The notes: generated by a model not told the origin, from the sequence alone. A stretch of 64,000 nucleotides of DNA from an uncultured Nitrososphaerota archaeon (GCA_963799845.1 CAWCYI010000004.1:640001-704000), one strand, 5' to 3'. Positions 50,006 through 60,193 are shown, counted from the first letter of the stretch. Program-made: numbers and translations.

Positions 50006-50986
50006 TTAGTCTGGATAGTCTGGATTAGTTATTTTTCTCAGCACTTCTGCCGAAATATTTCCACCCGAGACGATCGCAACCGATTTTTGAGCCCTTTCAC
50101 TGACATTCTCCTTTTTTGATTTCATCAGACCTGCAAACGCCGCGGCTCCCGACGGCTCAGCCAACACGTGCTCCTGCTTGATCAGCTGCCTTGTCGTATC
50201 CAAAATTTCTTCGTCGCTCACGAGAACTATCCTGTCCACATACCTTTTCACGAATTCAAAAGTGATGTCGCCCGGTCGTCTGACCGATAGTCCATCTGCG
50301 ATAGTTTTGCTTTCTTTGATGGTTGCAATCTCGTGTTTTTGAAATGATTCAAACATCGAGGGAGAACCCTCGGGCTGGACTCCAATCACCTTTACTCGGC
50401 CCGACGGTCTTTCAAGTTTAGCGGCAAGAGACACACCGGATATGAGACCGCCTCCGCCAATAGGCACGAAAATATTTTCAACGTCAGGGACATCCTCGAT
50501 GAGCTCCAGCCCGCATGTCCCCTGACCCGTGATTATCTCAAGGTCATTGAAAGGTTGGATGAATTCGTATCCCTCTGACTGTTGAATCTCGTTAGCCTTC
50601 CGTTGTCTCTCATCCTGTTGCTTACCGAAAAGCACGACCTTTGCCCCCAGCGCTTTGATCCAGGCGAGTTTTTCGGGAACTACGTTTTCAGGAAGAACTA
50701 TGGTTGCGTCTATCCCAAGTTTGTTCGCAACATAAGCCACTGCCAATCCATGATTGCCTGAGGAGGCAGTCATGACTCCCTTTCCCAGTCTGTCCTCGGG
50801 CAACGATAGGATCTTGTTTGCAGCCCCGCGTATTTTGAAGGAACGTGTAGGTTGAAAACATTCAAGTTTCAACCAAGCGGAGTCTTCAGAGTAGGACTTG
50901 TAAGTCGGAGTCCTGTATGCATACCCATGTATCCTGGCAGTCGCCCTGGAAATATCCGAGAGCGAAATAGAAAGTTCGAGACTCAT
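50006..50986 (-). CDS. Threonine/serine dehydratase family (catabolic type, no ACT domain)
   Basis: KLECFQPTRSFKIRGA, ASSGNHG, GQGTCGLE, PIGGGGLISG, AEPSGAA, SGGN. Confidence 0.92.
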   Translation of the reverse strand: MSLELSISLSDISRATARIHGYAYRTPTYKSYSEDSAWLKLECFQPTRSFKIRGAANKILSLPEDRLGKGVMTASSGNHGLAVAYVANKLGIDATIVLPENVVPEKLAWIKALGAKVVLFGKQQDERQRKANEIQQSEGYEFIQPFNDLEIITGQGTCGLELIEDVPDVENIFVPIGGGGLISGVSLAAKLERPSGRVKVIGVQPEGSPSMFESFQKHEIATIKESKTIADGLSVRRPGDITFEFVKRYVDRIVLVSDEEILDTTRQLIKQEHVLAEPSGAAAFAGLMKSKKENVSERAQKSVAIVSGGNISAEVLRKITNPDYPD

Positions 50987-51000
50987 TTTTTTCTCTCCAG

Positions 51001-51348
51001 TTAACGCCTGAACTTGGTTCCAAATTTCTTGAAAGCAGCGTCGCAGATCGAATCTGGCATTACCTCAAGCGGCACGGCGAACATTACAGTTTGACCAGCC
51101 AACGGCATTGTAACCATTCTGTACTTGTCGCTGACCACGACTGTAAATCTAATGTTTCCCAACTCCTTTGGAAGCGCGTCGGACAATCCCTGGATAACGA
51201 GAGCTTTAATCGTTACTAGAGAATTCACTGGAAGTTTAGCTTCCTTTCCTCTTTCGGATTCTGCGTAACTTACGACCCTTCCAGCGTCGTCGAGGACCGC
51301 ACACCGCAGAATGTCCGGGCTCAGTGCGAGAAATTCGTTCGCATCCAA
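51001..51348 (-). CDS. Small roadblock/profilin-like hypothetical protein
   Basis: ILRCAVLDDAGRVV ... LGNIRFTVV ... MVTMPL secondary-structure pattern. Confidence 0.55.
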   Translation of the reverse strand: MDANEFLALSPDILRCAVLDDAGRVVSYAESERGKEAKLPVNSLVTIKALVIQGLSDALPKELGNIRFTVVVSDKYRMVTMPLAGQTVMFAVPLEVMPDSICDAAFKKFGTKFRR

Positions 51349-51501
51349 GTTCGTTACTGGAACCCGATTTCCTTGCCACTATTAATCCTTGACTTGATAG
51401 AAGCTCAAATCGCTTCGAGCAAATAAGGTCAAAAACAACAACGGAATAAAGTCAAAATCACGTTTTGAAAGGAGGGCGACAAAAGCAAAATCGAATGCGC
51501 C

Positions 51502-51645
51502 CTATAGATATCCTTCGTCTTCGTTTAGAAAAGGCAAAAGCTTCTTCAGTCTTTCATGGTTAGCAAGGCCCTCGTTCCATCTTTCCGGTACCGAAGTCTT
51601 GCCATGCTTATCAACAGTCTTAGCCAATTGTTTCGCTATACTCAA
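51502..51645 (-). CDS. 47-aa microprotein divergent from the phoU-like gene (not in ORF track)
   Basis: TTG start after AGGAGAGAGGTGA Shine-Dalgarno; MSIAKQLAKTVDKHGKTSVPERWNEGLANHERLKKLLPFLNEDEGYL. Confidence 0.45.
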   Translation of the reverse strand: MSIAKQLAKTVDKHGKTSVPERWNEGLANHERLKKLLPFLNEDEGYL

Positions 51646-51704
51646 ATCACCTCTCTCCTGCGTAGTTAGTTAGGCCAAAAATAACCATAAGCCTTTATTA
51701 TTGA

Positions 51705-51770
51705 GTCTATAGAAAGAATAATAGAATATATTGTCTATATACGTTGTCAATATAGACACACCGAATATAT
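51705..51770. promoter_or_regulatory. Palindromic operator upstream of the PhoU-like regulator
   Basis: GTCTATAT-N9-ATATAGAC (51733-51757), extra half-site GTCTATAG at 51705. Confidence 0.55.
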
Positions 51771-51820
51771 GCTTGGACACCAAATCCGAATAGAGTATTG
51801 AGGAAGTAGATAATTCTCCT

Positions 51821-52936
51821 ATGAATCATCCCCAACAGCAGCAGCAAGAGGAAGAGGAAAGAGTGGAAGAGTCACAGGATGTTGATATTGCGCAACCAGG
51901 GGCCCAATCAAAATCAAACCGTGGAGAAACGCGAAGAGTTCAGCTCACCGGCGGCTCGACATTGGTTGTTTCTTTGCCAAGTGACTGGGCAAAGGGTGTG
52001 GGACTAAAAGCCAAGGACGAAGTGTTCATGGTTCCTCAGACGGACATGTCCCTGCTAGTTATCCCAGGTACAAGGGTTGAGAAAACACCAGAAAGGGTAA
52101 TAGAGATCACGCAGAAAGAGGATGAGGACGAGATTCTTAGGGCATTCATAGCTTATTACGTTTCAGGATTTGACGTTGTCCGTCTAAAGTTCAAGACGCC
52201 CCAGCCGGAATTAAGATCAAAACTGAAGGCTCATATTCGACACAAGCTGATTGGGGTAGAGATTGTAGAGGAGACAACAGATAACATTCTCGCCCAGTGT
52301 CTTCACGGGAACGTTGACCTGCCTCTCAAGAAGGCGCTCAGTAGGATGGCCATCATAACGAGTTCCATGCAGTTTGACGCCGTAAAATCCCTTACAAACA
52401 GCGATACTGCTCTGGCTGCTGAAATCATTGATCGCGACGATGAGGTTGATCGGTTTGCTCATTTCATATCAAGACAGCTCAACCTAGCGGTACACAACAG
52501 GGTTATGATTCAAGAGATCGGTCTTGCAACGGCTCAGGATTGCATGAATTATAGAATGATCGTCAAGAGTATTGAGAGAATCGCGGATCATGCTGCCCAG
52601 GTCGCAGGCTCCGAAATACTATTGGATCGCAGGAAAATATCTCCGTCGTTGAACGAACACATCATGAAGCTCAGCAAGCTTTCAAGCGAAGTTTACGATA
52701 ATGCCCTAAGAGCTGTTCACAGTGGTAGCAGCAAAATGGCGAACGATGCCATATTGAAGCTGAAGCAGGTCGCCAAAGAAGAGGAGCTAGCAACCGAGGA
52801 ATTGATATCTTCGAGGCTGGACAACAAGGCGGTCATATCCCTGCGGCTTGCTCTGGAAAGTCTGAGAAGAATAGCCGAGTACTCTTCTGATATATGTGAA
52901 ATTGTGGTTAATATGATGGTGGGCTCTCCGCTATAG
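51821..52936 (+). CDS. phoU: Archaeal phosphate uptake regulator (AbrB DNA-binding domain plus two PhoU domains)
   Basis: RRVQLTGGSTLVVSLPSDW, DDEVDRF, KSIERIADH, ESLRRIAEYSSDI. Confidence 0.92.
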   Translation: MNHPQQQQQEEEERVEESQDVDIAQPGAQSKSNRGETRRVQLTGGSTLVVSLPSDWAKGVGLKAKDEVFMVPQTDMSLLVIPGTRVEKTPERVIEITQKEDEDEILRAFIAYYVSGFDVVRLKFKTPQPELRSKLKAHIRHKLIGVEIVEETTDNILAQCLHGNVDLPLKKALSRMAIITSSMQFDAVKSLTNSDTALAAEIIDRDDEVDRFAHFISRQLNLAVHNRVMIQEIGLATAQDCMNYRMIVKSIERIADHAAQVAGSEILLDRRKISPSLNEHIMKLSKLSSEVYDNALRAVHSGSSKMANDAILKLKQVAKEEELATEELISSRLDNKAVISLRLALESLRRIAEYSSDICEIVVNMMVGSPL

Positions 52937-52941
52937 AGAGT

Positions 52942-53124
52942 CTACTGTTTGGACATTTCCTTTTTCTCGGAAGCCAGATATACTTTGAAGCACTCCGGAT
53001 TGTCGTAGACGTGATCCAGATATTCGTCCGGAGTGAACTCTTTGTTGCACGCCTTACACAGCCGTAAACCAGTCGTGACTGGCTTCGTTGTACGCTCGCT
53101 TCCGCTAGACACTAGATTCACCAA
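52942..53124 (-). CDS. 60-aa zinc-finger microprotein (CxxC-H-C)
   Basis: LCKACNKEFTPDEYLDHVYDNPECF. Confidence 0.6.
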   Translation of the reverse strand: MVNLVSSGSERTTKPVTTGLRLCKACNKEFTPDEYLDHVYDNPECFKVYLASEKKEMSKQ

Positions 53125-53317
53125 TTCTATGAATGGAAAGGTAAAATGGGGTTCGGCTTCTTTAGAGTTGCTGTAGAATTTTCAATAATAGTGTGCCATT
53201 AATAAAATATCTATACCTTTCAGCTGTCTTTGGGAATTTTGACGAGAACCATAGTTCGAGTTACTGCATAATAGTGAGCTTATTGGTCATTAAACCAGTG
53301 ATTGAAGATGGTAAAGT

Positions 53318-53572
53318 ATGCTACAGGGAATATGGATAATCATTGATGCTGCTTTTTCATTTTTACTCATTGGTCTATTTGTCTCACTGACAGCATATCT
53401 CTCTGATCCAAAAAGAACTTTAATGTGTAATATTAGTCACAAGAAAGGCGATGTATTTCTTGGCAATTCGATCAATAATTTCGATGATCGTTTGATGATC
53501 TATGATGACTATGAAACCAAGTGTCTTCGATGCGGAATTAACTTTGGATTTAAAAGCGTGAGAGTGAATTAG
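53318..53572 (+). CDS. Small membrane-anchored hypothetical protein with C-x3-H...CxxC
   Basis: TM helix, MCNISHK, KCLRCG; lies in an AT-rich islet. Confidence 0.5.
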   Translation: MLQGIWIIIDAAFSFLLIGLFVSLTAYLSDPKRTLMCNISHKKGDVFLGNSINNFDDRLMIYDDYETKCLRCGINFGFKSVRVN

Positions 53573-53620
53573 TTGCTGGTCAAGGTATATGTTTGAGTCT
53601 CTACGAATCATTAGGGTGCC

Positions 53621-53845
53621 TTGGATAGAATGACCGTTACTGTGGTTTCATACGAGCTTGAGTTTCCTGCACGATCAGGAACGACGTTTCATTTTATCCG
53701 ATCAGTTATATGGATTCTTTTGAAGGCCAAATGGGATTTTCTTTGGCACAAAAGAGCACACCCTTATGTCAAATCTGAGTCTAAAACAAGTTTCAATAAC
53801 AGAAGGTGGGATGCATATCTTTTCCTATCAAACGACATTCGATGA
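53621..53845 (+). CDS. Hypothetical protein
   Basis: ORF track only; AT-rich islet. Confidence 0.3.
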   Translation: MDRMTVTVVSYELEFPARSGTTFHFIRSVIWILLKAKWDFLWHKRAHPYVKSESKTSFNNRRWDAYLFLSNDIR

Positions 53846-53966
53846 GTCTATGGCAGACTATGAGCCTGATCCATACGATATGGCTATGGAGACAACAGTC
53901 TGAATTTCATCTACCATGTCCCATCAATAGAAAAGCTCAGAATTCGTAGACATGCTTACGAAATTA

Positions 53967-54090
53967 GACCCAAAGATGCCTTTTGGAGGAGTAAAAAAAG
54001 TCGGGTATTGGTTGGGAGCCGTCGAGCTTTGGACTGCAAGAATTCGTTAACGCAAAGTCGGTGAACATTTACGGAATCGGTCAGAAGACT
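53967..54090 (+). pseudogene. C-terminal remnant of an aldehyde dehydrogenase
   Basis: DPKMPFGGVKK/SGIGWEPSSFGLQEFVNAKSVNIY with an extra A near 53995; no upstream part. Confidence 0.75.
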
Positions 54091-55096
54091 AGCATCGGTT
54101 TGGATAGGTCTCATTCAGCAGATCCTGGAGTAGAGTGTACGCGATATTTCCTCCGCTTATCACGAGTCCAATCTTCTCTCCAGATTTAGGCTTGTAGGCC
54201 CCGCTGAGCAGCGCGGCTACCGGGGCAGCCCCCGATGGTTCTGCTAGAATATGCGAGTCAAAGAGGAGAGACTTTACCGCAGCCTTCATTGATTCATCAG
54301 AGACCAGCACAACGTCGCTCACGTATTTCTTGCAAATCTCAAAGTTCGTTGTTCCGATTGTCTGACCCAATAGTCCATCGGCGATAGTTCGTGGTTCCTT
54401 TACAGTAAAGAGCTCCTTCCTCCTGATTGATTCGTAAAGAGATGGCACACCAGTCGCCTCTACTCCAATCACTTTGCAATTAGGCAAAGACTCCTTGATT
54501 GCGATAGATATCCCCGAAATCAAACCGCCTCCACCCACAGGTACTATGACTGTATCGAGATCTCCTCTCTCCTCCAACATCTCAAGGCCACAGGTCCCCT
54601 GACCGGCGATTATCGAGGGATCGTCAAACGGATGTATGAAAAATCTTCCAGATTCTCTAGACACTTCTCTGGCTTTCGATATGATCGAATCCGATGTAGG
54701 GCCGTCTTCGAAAACTTTTGCCCCGTAAAGTTTGATCATTTTCACCTTGTCCGGATTGGCACCTTTCGTCACTACTACCAGACAATCCACACCCAATATT
54801 TTTGAGGAGTAAGCGACCGACAGCCCGTGATTGCCAGATGAAGCTGTTACAACTCCACTCTTTTGGATGGAAGAAAGGTTCTCCAGCTCTATGTTGAAAG
54901 CTCCTCTGATTTTAAATACGCCAGTAGGTTGGTAACACTCCAGCTTCAGAAAAACATCTGCCCCAAACAGTTGGCTGAGATACAAATTGGGATAGAATGG
55001 AGTCCTGAAAATGTGATTCTTAATTCGGTCGCGAGCTTTTTCCACGTCGGCAAGTGAAATGGTTGAACTCAGTGAATTTTCGGATCTTACTGACAA
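54089..55096 (-). CDS. Second threonine/serine dehydratase family protein
   Basis: KLECYQPTGVFKIRGA, ASSGNHG, HPFDD, PVGGGGLISG, AEPSGAA, SGGN. Confidence 0.92.
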   Translation of the reverse strand: MSVRSENSLSSTISLADVEKARDRIKNHIFRTPFYPNLYLSQLFGADVFLKLECYQPTGVFKIRGAFNIELENLSSIQKSGVVTASSGNHGLSVAYSSKILGVDCLVVVTKGANPDKVKMIKLYGAKVFEDGPTSDSIISKAREVSRESGRFFIHPFDDPSIIAGQGTCGLEMLEERGDLDTVIVPVGGGGLISGISIAIKESLPNCKVIGVEATGVPSLYESIRRKELFTVKEPRTIADGLLGQTIGTTNFEICKKYVSDVVLVSDESMKAAVKSLLFDSHILAEPSGAAPVAALLSGAYKPKSGEKIGLVISGGNIAYTLLQDLLNETYPNRC

Positions 55097-55227
55097 GAAA
55101 TGAAGTCTCTCGAATCTATCAGGAATCTTCGAACACTGTATTTATTGATTCGCGGGAGCTTATGAAATTTGGAAATTGATTAGAGGCCCGCGTCAATTTT
55201 TTGATCTGGGCTATCCTAGAATCGTCT

Positions 55228-58200
55228 TCATTTCTTGCGCATTTTGGTCGGCCACCAGTTCAGTCTCTGAGCCAGTCCCATCAGAGACGGAACGAAAAAC
55301 AGTATGACGATAAGAACATCAATCATAATCGCCGACGCTACTGCAAGACTAATCTCCTGAAATACCGCAATTCCCGTGATGAGCAGCGAACCGAATACTG
55401 TCGAGAGGACCAAGCCTAGGCCGAGGATTGTTACCCACACCCTGTCGACTGCGGTGACGATGGCTTCGTTATCGGTTTTACCTTTGAGCACTTCTTCGCG
55501 AATCCTGGTGACGAAAAATATGTCGTAATCTATACCCACGCCAAGCATTGTGACCACCACGAACAGCGGGGCGAAGTCGAGGATTGGAAGATTCAACAAG
55601 TGATAGAATACGATCGAAATAATTGTGAGCGAGAAAACCACGCTGCAGAGAACCGTGAATATCAGTCGGAGAGGAGTGAATGCCGATCTCAGCTGAGCGA
55701 ACAATATGACGTAAACTGCCGCAGCCAGGATCAGAATTACTTCAGGTAGTAGACCGTTAAGGAATGACTCGCTATCGTATGTGCTTTGCGTGTCGCCGCC
55801 AAAGTAAAGTGCTTCTCCTTTCGAGGATGGAACGTTCTCCACATTTTTCTCAATTTGTTGCAGAGTGGAAATTGCAGCCGCACTTTCTGATGGGCTAGAA
55901 ATTCCAACAATAATCAGGGCTGTCTTGTTGTCCTTACCAATCTGTGAGATCATTCCGCCGAGATATTGCGCTCTAAGCGCCGCAGAGAAATTGTTCACCC
56001 CAGAATAGTTGAAAGGATCACCGAAGGGTCGTGTGGGACCGACAAGATTGGTCACTCCACTCGTGTTTGCGGCTGCGCTTGAAATCTGCTCGATTTGATT
56101 TAGGATTGTTTGATTGAATTGGTTATCGCTGTACGTAATGGGAGTCGGAGTGGTCAAGATAATTGTCATCGGGGCGATGGTCCCGCTGCCGAGACTGTTA
56201 GTGATGACCGTAAGCGCTTGATTGCTGGGAAAGTTTGGAATGAGTTTGAGAAAATCTGCTCCGACCGGAGTGGTATACGTAGTATACAAAGCCCCCAGAG
56301 CTATCACACTTATGACAGACGCGATTATGATTTTTCTATGGAGGGTTCCTCGCGCCAATTTATCAAGCCTGCTTGGGCCACTGCTCTTTTTCATATGCCT
56401 TGCCAATCCGGGCCAGAAGATCCTGTCCTTGAGCGAAAGCTCAATTGCTGGAAGAAGAGTCAGAGAAGCGGCGAGGAGAATTGAAACGCCTAATGCTATT
56501 GCGGTGCCGACATCGCTGAATATAGGGACGTTTGCAACGGCCATCACTACGTATGCTACGATCACGGTGATTCCCGCCGTAAGAACAGCCTGGCCTGCCC
56601 ACTTTACAGAAATGGCAACGCTATCTTCGGTCGATTTGCCATTGAGTCGCTCTTCTCTGGTCCTCCTCATCTGGAGAACGGCGTAGTCGACCGCGAGACC
56701 GAGGACTAGGAGTATCGTGAGCGTCGGAGTCAGGAACGAAATATTTCCGTTTCCGATCTTTATGATTGCGAGATAGATAACAGAGAGCGCAATTGAAATC
56801 GAGATGCCGCCCATCAGAATTGGGATTAACGCGGCGACGGGCGAAAGAAATAGCAAGGCAACAATTAGAATCGATATTGCAATTCCGGGGCCTATAGTGA
56901 TAGAGAGAGCTGGAGTAAAGGCGTTCTGAAGATCCAGAGAAACTACTGACGAACCCGTGACGTAGGTCGTCCCCAGTCCGTGAAGATCAGATTTTTGAAC
57001 GTCGGATTTGATCTGCTGAATCGCAGCCGGGCTCGGCTGGTATGAGAAATTGAAAATTATGATCATAGTGGAATTGTCCTTGCTGACCAAGCTCTGAGTA
57101 ATTGCTCGAGTGGGAACGTATGGATAATCCAAGTATGCTTGATTCGATATTTCGTTGTTGATTGCTTCATGAATTTCAGTTGTCGAAGCGTTAGCGGAAA
57201 GACCTGCCAGTAAGTTCCCCAGAGACGTACCGTTTACCTTGAACAACGGCGAATTGAATAATACGACTTGAGTAGCATTTCCTGTGAATGAGGATGCAAG
57301 TTTCCATAGCGCGCTCGAGGTGAAAGAGCTCCCAAGATTGTAAGCTGCAATCACGAGCTGCGAAGGGGTGAAGCCGATCCCAGAACTTGTACTTGTGTTT
57401 TTTGACAGACTTGCTTCGAACAACGAAATGGTGTAGTTTGAAAGTACCGACGCTGAGGGCGATGGGCCGAATTGATAAATGTTCGAGACCAGTTGTTTAG
57501 GCATTATGCCCAGTGAGGATGATAGTTGGGGCGGGATGCCAGAAGCAATTGTCGAGATGGTCAAGTTTGAAATTGAACTTGTCATGTTCCAGTTCGAATC
57601 ATTCAAGCCCGTTGAAACTAGACCGATGATCTGGGCAGTTTGTGAGTTAATGCCTGGACTACTCGAGAGTACTGAAACGGCACTCTGAATTGCCTTAGAC
57701 TCGCGGGCAAGGGGGGTCGTTGAATTTGGTAGAGTCTGGAACGTTGCGTTCCAAGCCCTGAAAAAGACCGCGTAATATACGATAGATTCCGCACTACCGC
57801 CAAAGTTAGCTGTCTCTTTGTAAATCGTAGAATTCGCGATAGAGTTTGCTGCGAAGGGATTTGTGATCCCTTGAGCTTGAGCACCCATCCAGATCTGAAC
57901 GAAACTCGATGGGATTCCGTAGATCAATTCAGCGCTCTGGTTTATGCCATTCTGAAGCTGAAACAAATCCGTGCTTAACGAAGATAGGTTTGACTGAACA
58001 GAGTACATTCCCTTGTTCAGGCTGGCAATGTTGGATTCTAGACTGCCAACCTGTAGAAGCAGACTTGGCAGGGATGAATTCAGTATTCCGTATTCGGTCG
58101 AATAGACGCTGTCCATGCCGGTGTAGTTGCCAATGTTCTTGTCACCGGCAATAGTGGTGTTGAGGGCGAATACACTATTTTTGACCGAGTTGGAAAAAAC

Positions 58201-58461
58201 GTTACTCCCCTGAAACACTACTAGAATACTTGTTGTACTCCCATTACTAGAGCCGGGGAATTCTGTGCTCAGAATGTTTGCCGCTTTCACCGATTCAGAG
58301 TTGGTTGGACCACTGCCGCCGGTGATATTGTACGAAACTGACGAAAAAAGTCTCGGAATGAATACTAGGGAAATCCCGAGAGCTACGACCCATGCCAGAA
58401 TGATCCAGCGACGTCTTCGTCTGATGAAGGTATTGAGAGCGTCAAAGCGGGAAACTGACAA
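55228..58461 (-). CDS. MMPL/RND family transporter
   Basis: Two 6-TM halves with GLAVDYA and GVGIDYDIF, large glycosylated extracellular loop. Confidence 0.92.
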   Translation of the reverse strand: MSVSRFDALNTFIRRRRRWIILAWVVALGISLVFIPRLFSSVSYNITGGSGPTNSESVKAANILSTEFPGSSNGSTTSILVVFQGSNVFSNSVKNSVFALNTTIAGDKNIGNYTGMDSVYSTEYGILNSSLPSLLLQVGSLESNIASLNKGMYSVQSNLSSLSTDLFQLQNGINQSAELIYGIPSSFVQIWMGAQAQGITNPFAANSIANSTIYKETANFGGSAESIVYYAVFFRAWNATFQTLPNSTTPLARESKAIQSAVSVLSSSPGINSQTAQIIGLVSTGLNDSNWNMTSSISNLTISTIASGIPPQLSSSLGIMPKQLVSNIYQFGPSPSASVLSNYTISLFEASLSKNTSTSSGIGFTPSQLVIAAYNLGSSFTSSALWKLASSFTGNATQVVLFNSPLFKVNGTSLGNLLAGLSANASTTEIHEAINNEISNQAYLDYPYVPTRAITQSLVSKDNSTMIIIFNFSYQPSPAAIQQIKSDVQKSDLHGLGTTYVTGSSVVSLDLQNAFTPALSITIGPGIAISILIVALLFLSPVAALIPILMGGISISIALSVIYLAIIKIGNGNISFLTPTLTILLVLGLAVDYAVLQMRRTREERLNGKSTEDSVAISVKWAGQAVLTAGITVIVAYVVMAVANVPIFSDVGTAIALGVSILLAASLTLLPAIELSLKDRIFWPGLARHMKKSSGPSRLDKLARGTLHRKIIIASVISVIALGALYTTYTTPVGADFLKLIPNFPSNQALTVITNSLGSGTIAPMTIILTTPTPITYSDNQFNQTILNQIEQISSAAANTSGVTNLVGPTRPFGDPFNYSGVNNFSAALRAQYLGGMISQIGKDNKTALIIVGISSPSESAAAISTLQQIEKNVENVPSSKGEALYFGGDTQSTYDSESFLNGLLPEVILILAAAVYVILFAQLRSAFTPLRLIFTVLCSVVFSLTIISIVFYHLLNLPILDFAPLFVVVTMLGVGIDYDIFFVTRIREEVLKGKTDNEAIVTAVDRVWVTILGLGLVLSTVFGSLLITGIAVFQEISLAVASAIMIDVLIVILFFVPSLMGLAQRLNWWPTKMRKK

Positions 58462-58583
58462 GGGAAAAAGTTCACTCTGTACTTTTTCGCTTTTTTACAT
58501 AATATATACTAGACTGATGGCATTTGCTTTCCTACGAGCTTCAGGAAAAGGTCTTTCGATGGTTGCCAGAATCTCGAATTGTT

Positions 58584-58778
58584 TCAGATCCCGGACTCAG
58601 ATTCGGTCCCTTTTGAACGAGCAATTGTTCTAGCCGATCGAGCTTTCCAAGTATAGTATACTATAACCCCGACGAGAAGTATTAGTCCGAGGAGTATCGA
58701 TACAAAGAGAGTTATCAAAATAGATACGATGATAAGGATGTAAAAGGTTAGGCGGCCCGGAGGTCTTGGATTTTGCAA
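58584..58778 (-). CDS. Small 2-TM membrane protein
   Basis: Hydrophobic hairpin with a basic tail. Confidence 0.5.
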   Translation of the reverse strand: MQNPRPPGRLTFYILIIVSILITLFVSILLGLILLVGVIVYYTWKARSARTIARSKGTESESGI

Positions 58779-58966
58779 TTTGATCTATTCAGATACAACG
58801 GCTTTACAATCGTCGTGTCGATAATAACATATCTATGTTGGCCAGATTCATGTAACTTGTGTCTCTAGCTAGTTGACTAAATACCTGATTTTCTTTGGAG
58901 AAAAACCTTTCCCGTCAGGGTGAGAGGTCAATCGTCAGGATGCGAAGGACGGGATCTTCTTGGATG

Positions 58967-59128
58967 TTATCTGAGGTCTCCGTACTTTATTCGGCCTAGA
59001 ATCTCCCGGCAGATGTGACAGCCGCAATTTGCGAGGGCTGATTTGAAACCTATCTTCGCAATGTTCCCAAGGGAATCGAATATGATCATTGCTTGATCTA
59101 CTCGCTCATCGGGTAACTCTAACTCCAT
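58967..59128 (-). CDS. 53-aa microprotein with CxCxxC (not in ORF track)
   Basis: MELELPDERVDQAMIIFDSLGNIAKIGFKSALANCGCHICREILGRIKYGDLR; CTTAAG box about 30 nt upstream. Confidence 0.55.
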   Translation of the reverse strand: MELELPDERVDQAMIIFDSLGNIAKIGFKSALANCGCHICREILGRIKYGDLR

Positions 59129-59254
59129 CAATTGGGCAATGTTTAGGCCTTCAATTCTTAAGGCGGTTATGAGCGTCGCCTCTTAATTATGAAGCAGTAA
59201 TATGGATCTGTACCTTGCTTAAAGCGTTGAGAGTGCCCATTGGCTTTAGAATAT

Positions 59255-60193
59255 TCATCTGTTATTCTGCTGAAGAATATAATATCCAGGATTGTTTTCG
59301 AAGGTCGTCTTGCAGCTCTCGCTGCAAAAATACGCTTTCTGACCGCCTAAGGAGGAAAAATATTCAGAGGATTCATCTACGGTCATTCCACAGACCGGAT
59401 CGACGAACACGGCTTTTCGGGTCTCTGAACTATTTACGACGTCTGTTTGGGGGACCGAAGTTGGATTCATCGTTCTCGAAATTTCGACTATCTCAGCCAT
59501 TATGCTTAGAGCTATTTCTTCCGCAGTTATTGATCTGATATAGATACCCGCAGGAGCCTTTATTCGGGACAGCGCGTCCACGGATAGTCCGGAAGACCTG
59601 AGGTAGGCGAGAACTTCAGTGGCCCGTTTCTTTCCCGCCACGATTCCAATGTAATGGACATCTAGTTCCGCAAGTTTTTCGGCATACTCCTGATCTCTTT
59701 CACCCATCGTTGCAATGACTGCAAATGTGTTTCTAGAATTGAAGCTCTTCTCCAAATCCTCCATCGATTTCAGAATAACATCCGCGTCCGGGAATCTTTC
59801 TTTCGTGGCCGTCCTGTCAATGATCGTCACGTTGAAATTAAGGGATTTTGCAAGTCCAGAGAGAGCGCTCGCGATCGGAACGTGCCCAAAAATCAATAGC
59901 TTCCTCTTTGGAAGATAAGGCTCCAGATAAACAGCCATGGTGCCCCCTTGGCACGTTGTCAAATCCAAAGTTCGGGAAGTACCTTCCTTGAGACATTCTA
60001 TAGCATTCGTTACGATTTCATTTTCAGTACAGTGACCTCCAACCCATCCCTCAATTGAGCCGTCTGAAAGGATGATTGCCTTATTCCCGGCTTTGATTGC
60101 AGTGGGACCGTTCGTCCTCAAGACCCCGACAACGACGAACGGAATGTCTTCAGAACCGAGCTCAAGCTGCCTGAGCAACAAGTCGTGCGTCAT
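59255..60193 (-). CDS. XdhC/CoxF family protein with C-terminal YHS domain
   Basis: GWVGGHCTE, TCQGGTMAVYLEP, IKAPAGI, AEEIALSIMAEI, VDPVCGMTV..YFCSESC. Confidence 0.9.
   Translation of the reverse strand: MTHDLLLRQLELGSEDIPFVVVGVLRTNGPTAIKAGNKAIILSDGSIEGWVGGHCTENEIVTNAIECLKEGTSRTLDLTTCQGGTMAVYLEPYLPKRKLLIFGHVPIASALSGLAKSLNFNVTIIDRTATKERFPDADVILKSMEDLEKSFNSRNTFAVIATMGERDQEYAEKLAELDVHYIGIVAGKKRATEVLAYLRSSGLSVDALSRIKAPAGIYIRSITAEEIALSIMAEIVEISRTMNPTSVPQTDVVNSSETRKAVFVDPVCGMTVDESSEYFSSLGGQKAYFCSESCKTTFENNPGYYILQQNNR

Noticed and set aside
50006-55096. Two threonine dehydratase paralogs as flanking repeats of a mobile island
   Set aside because: The proteins are clearly diverged, and the intervening phoU is a housekeeping-type gene
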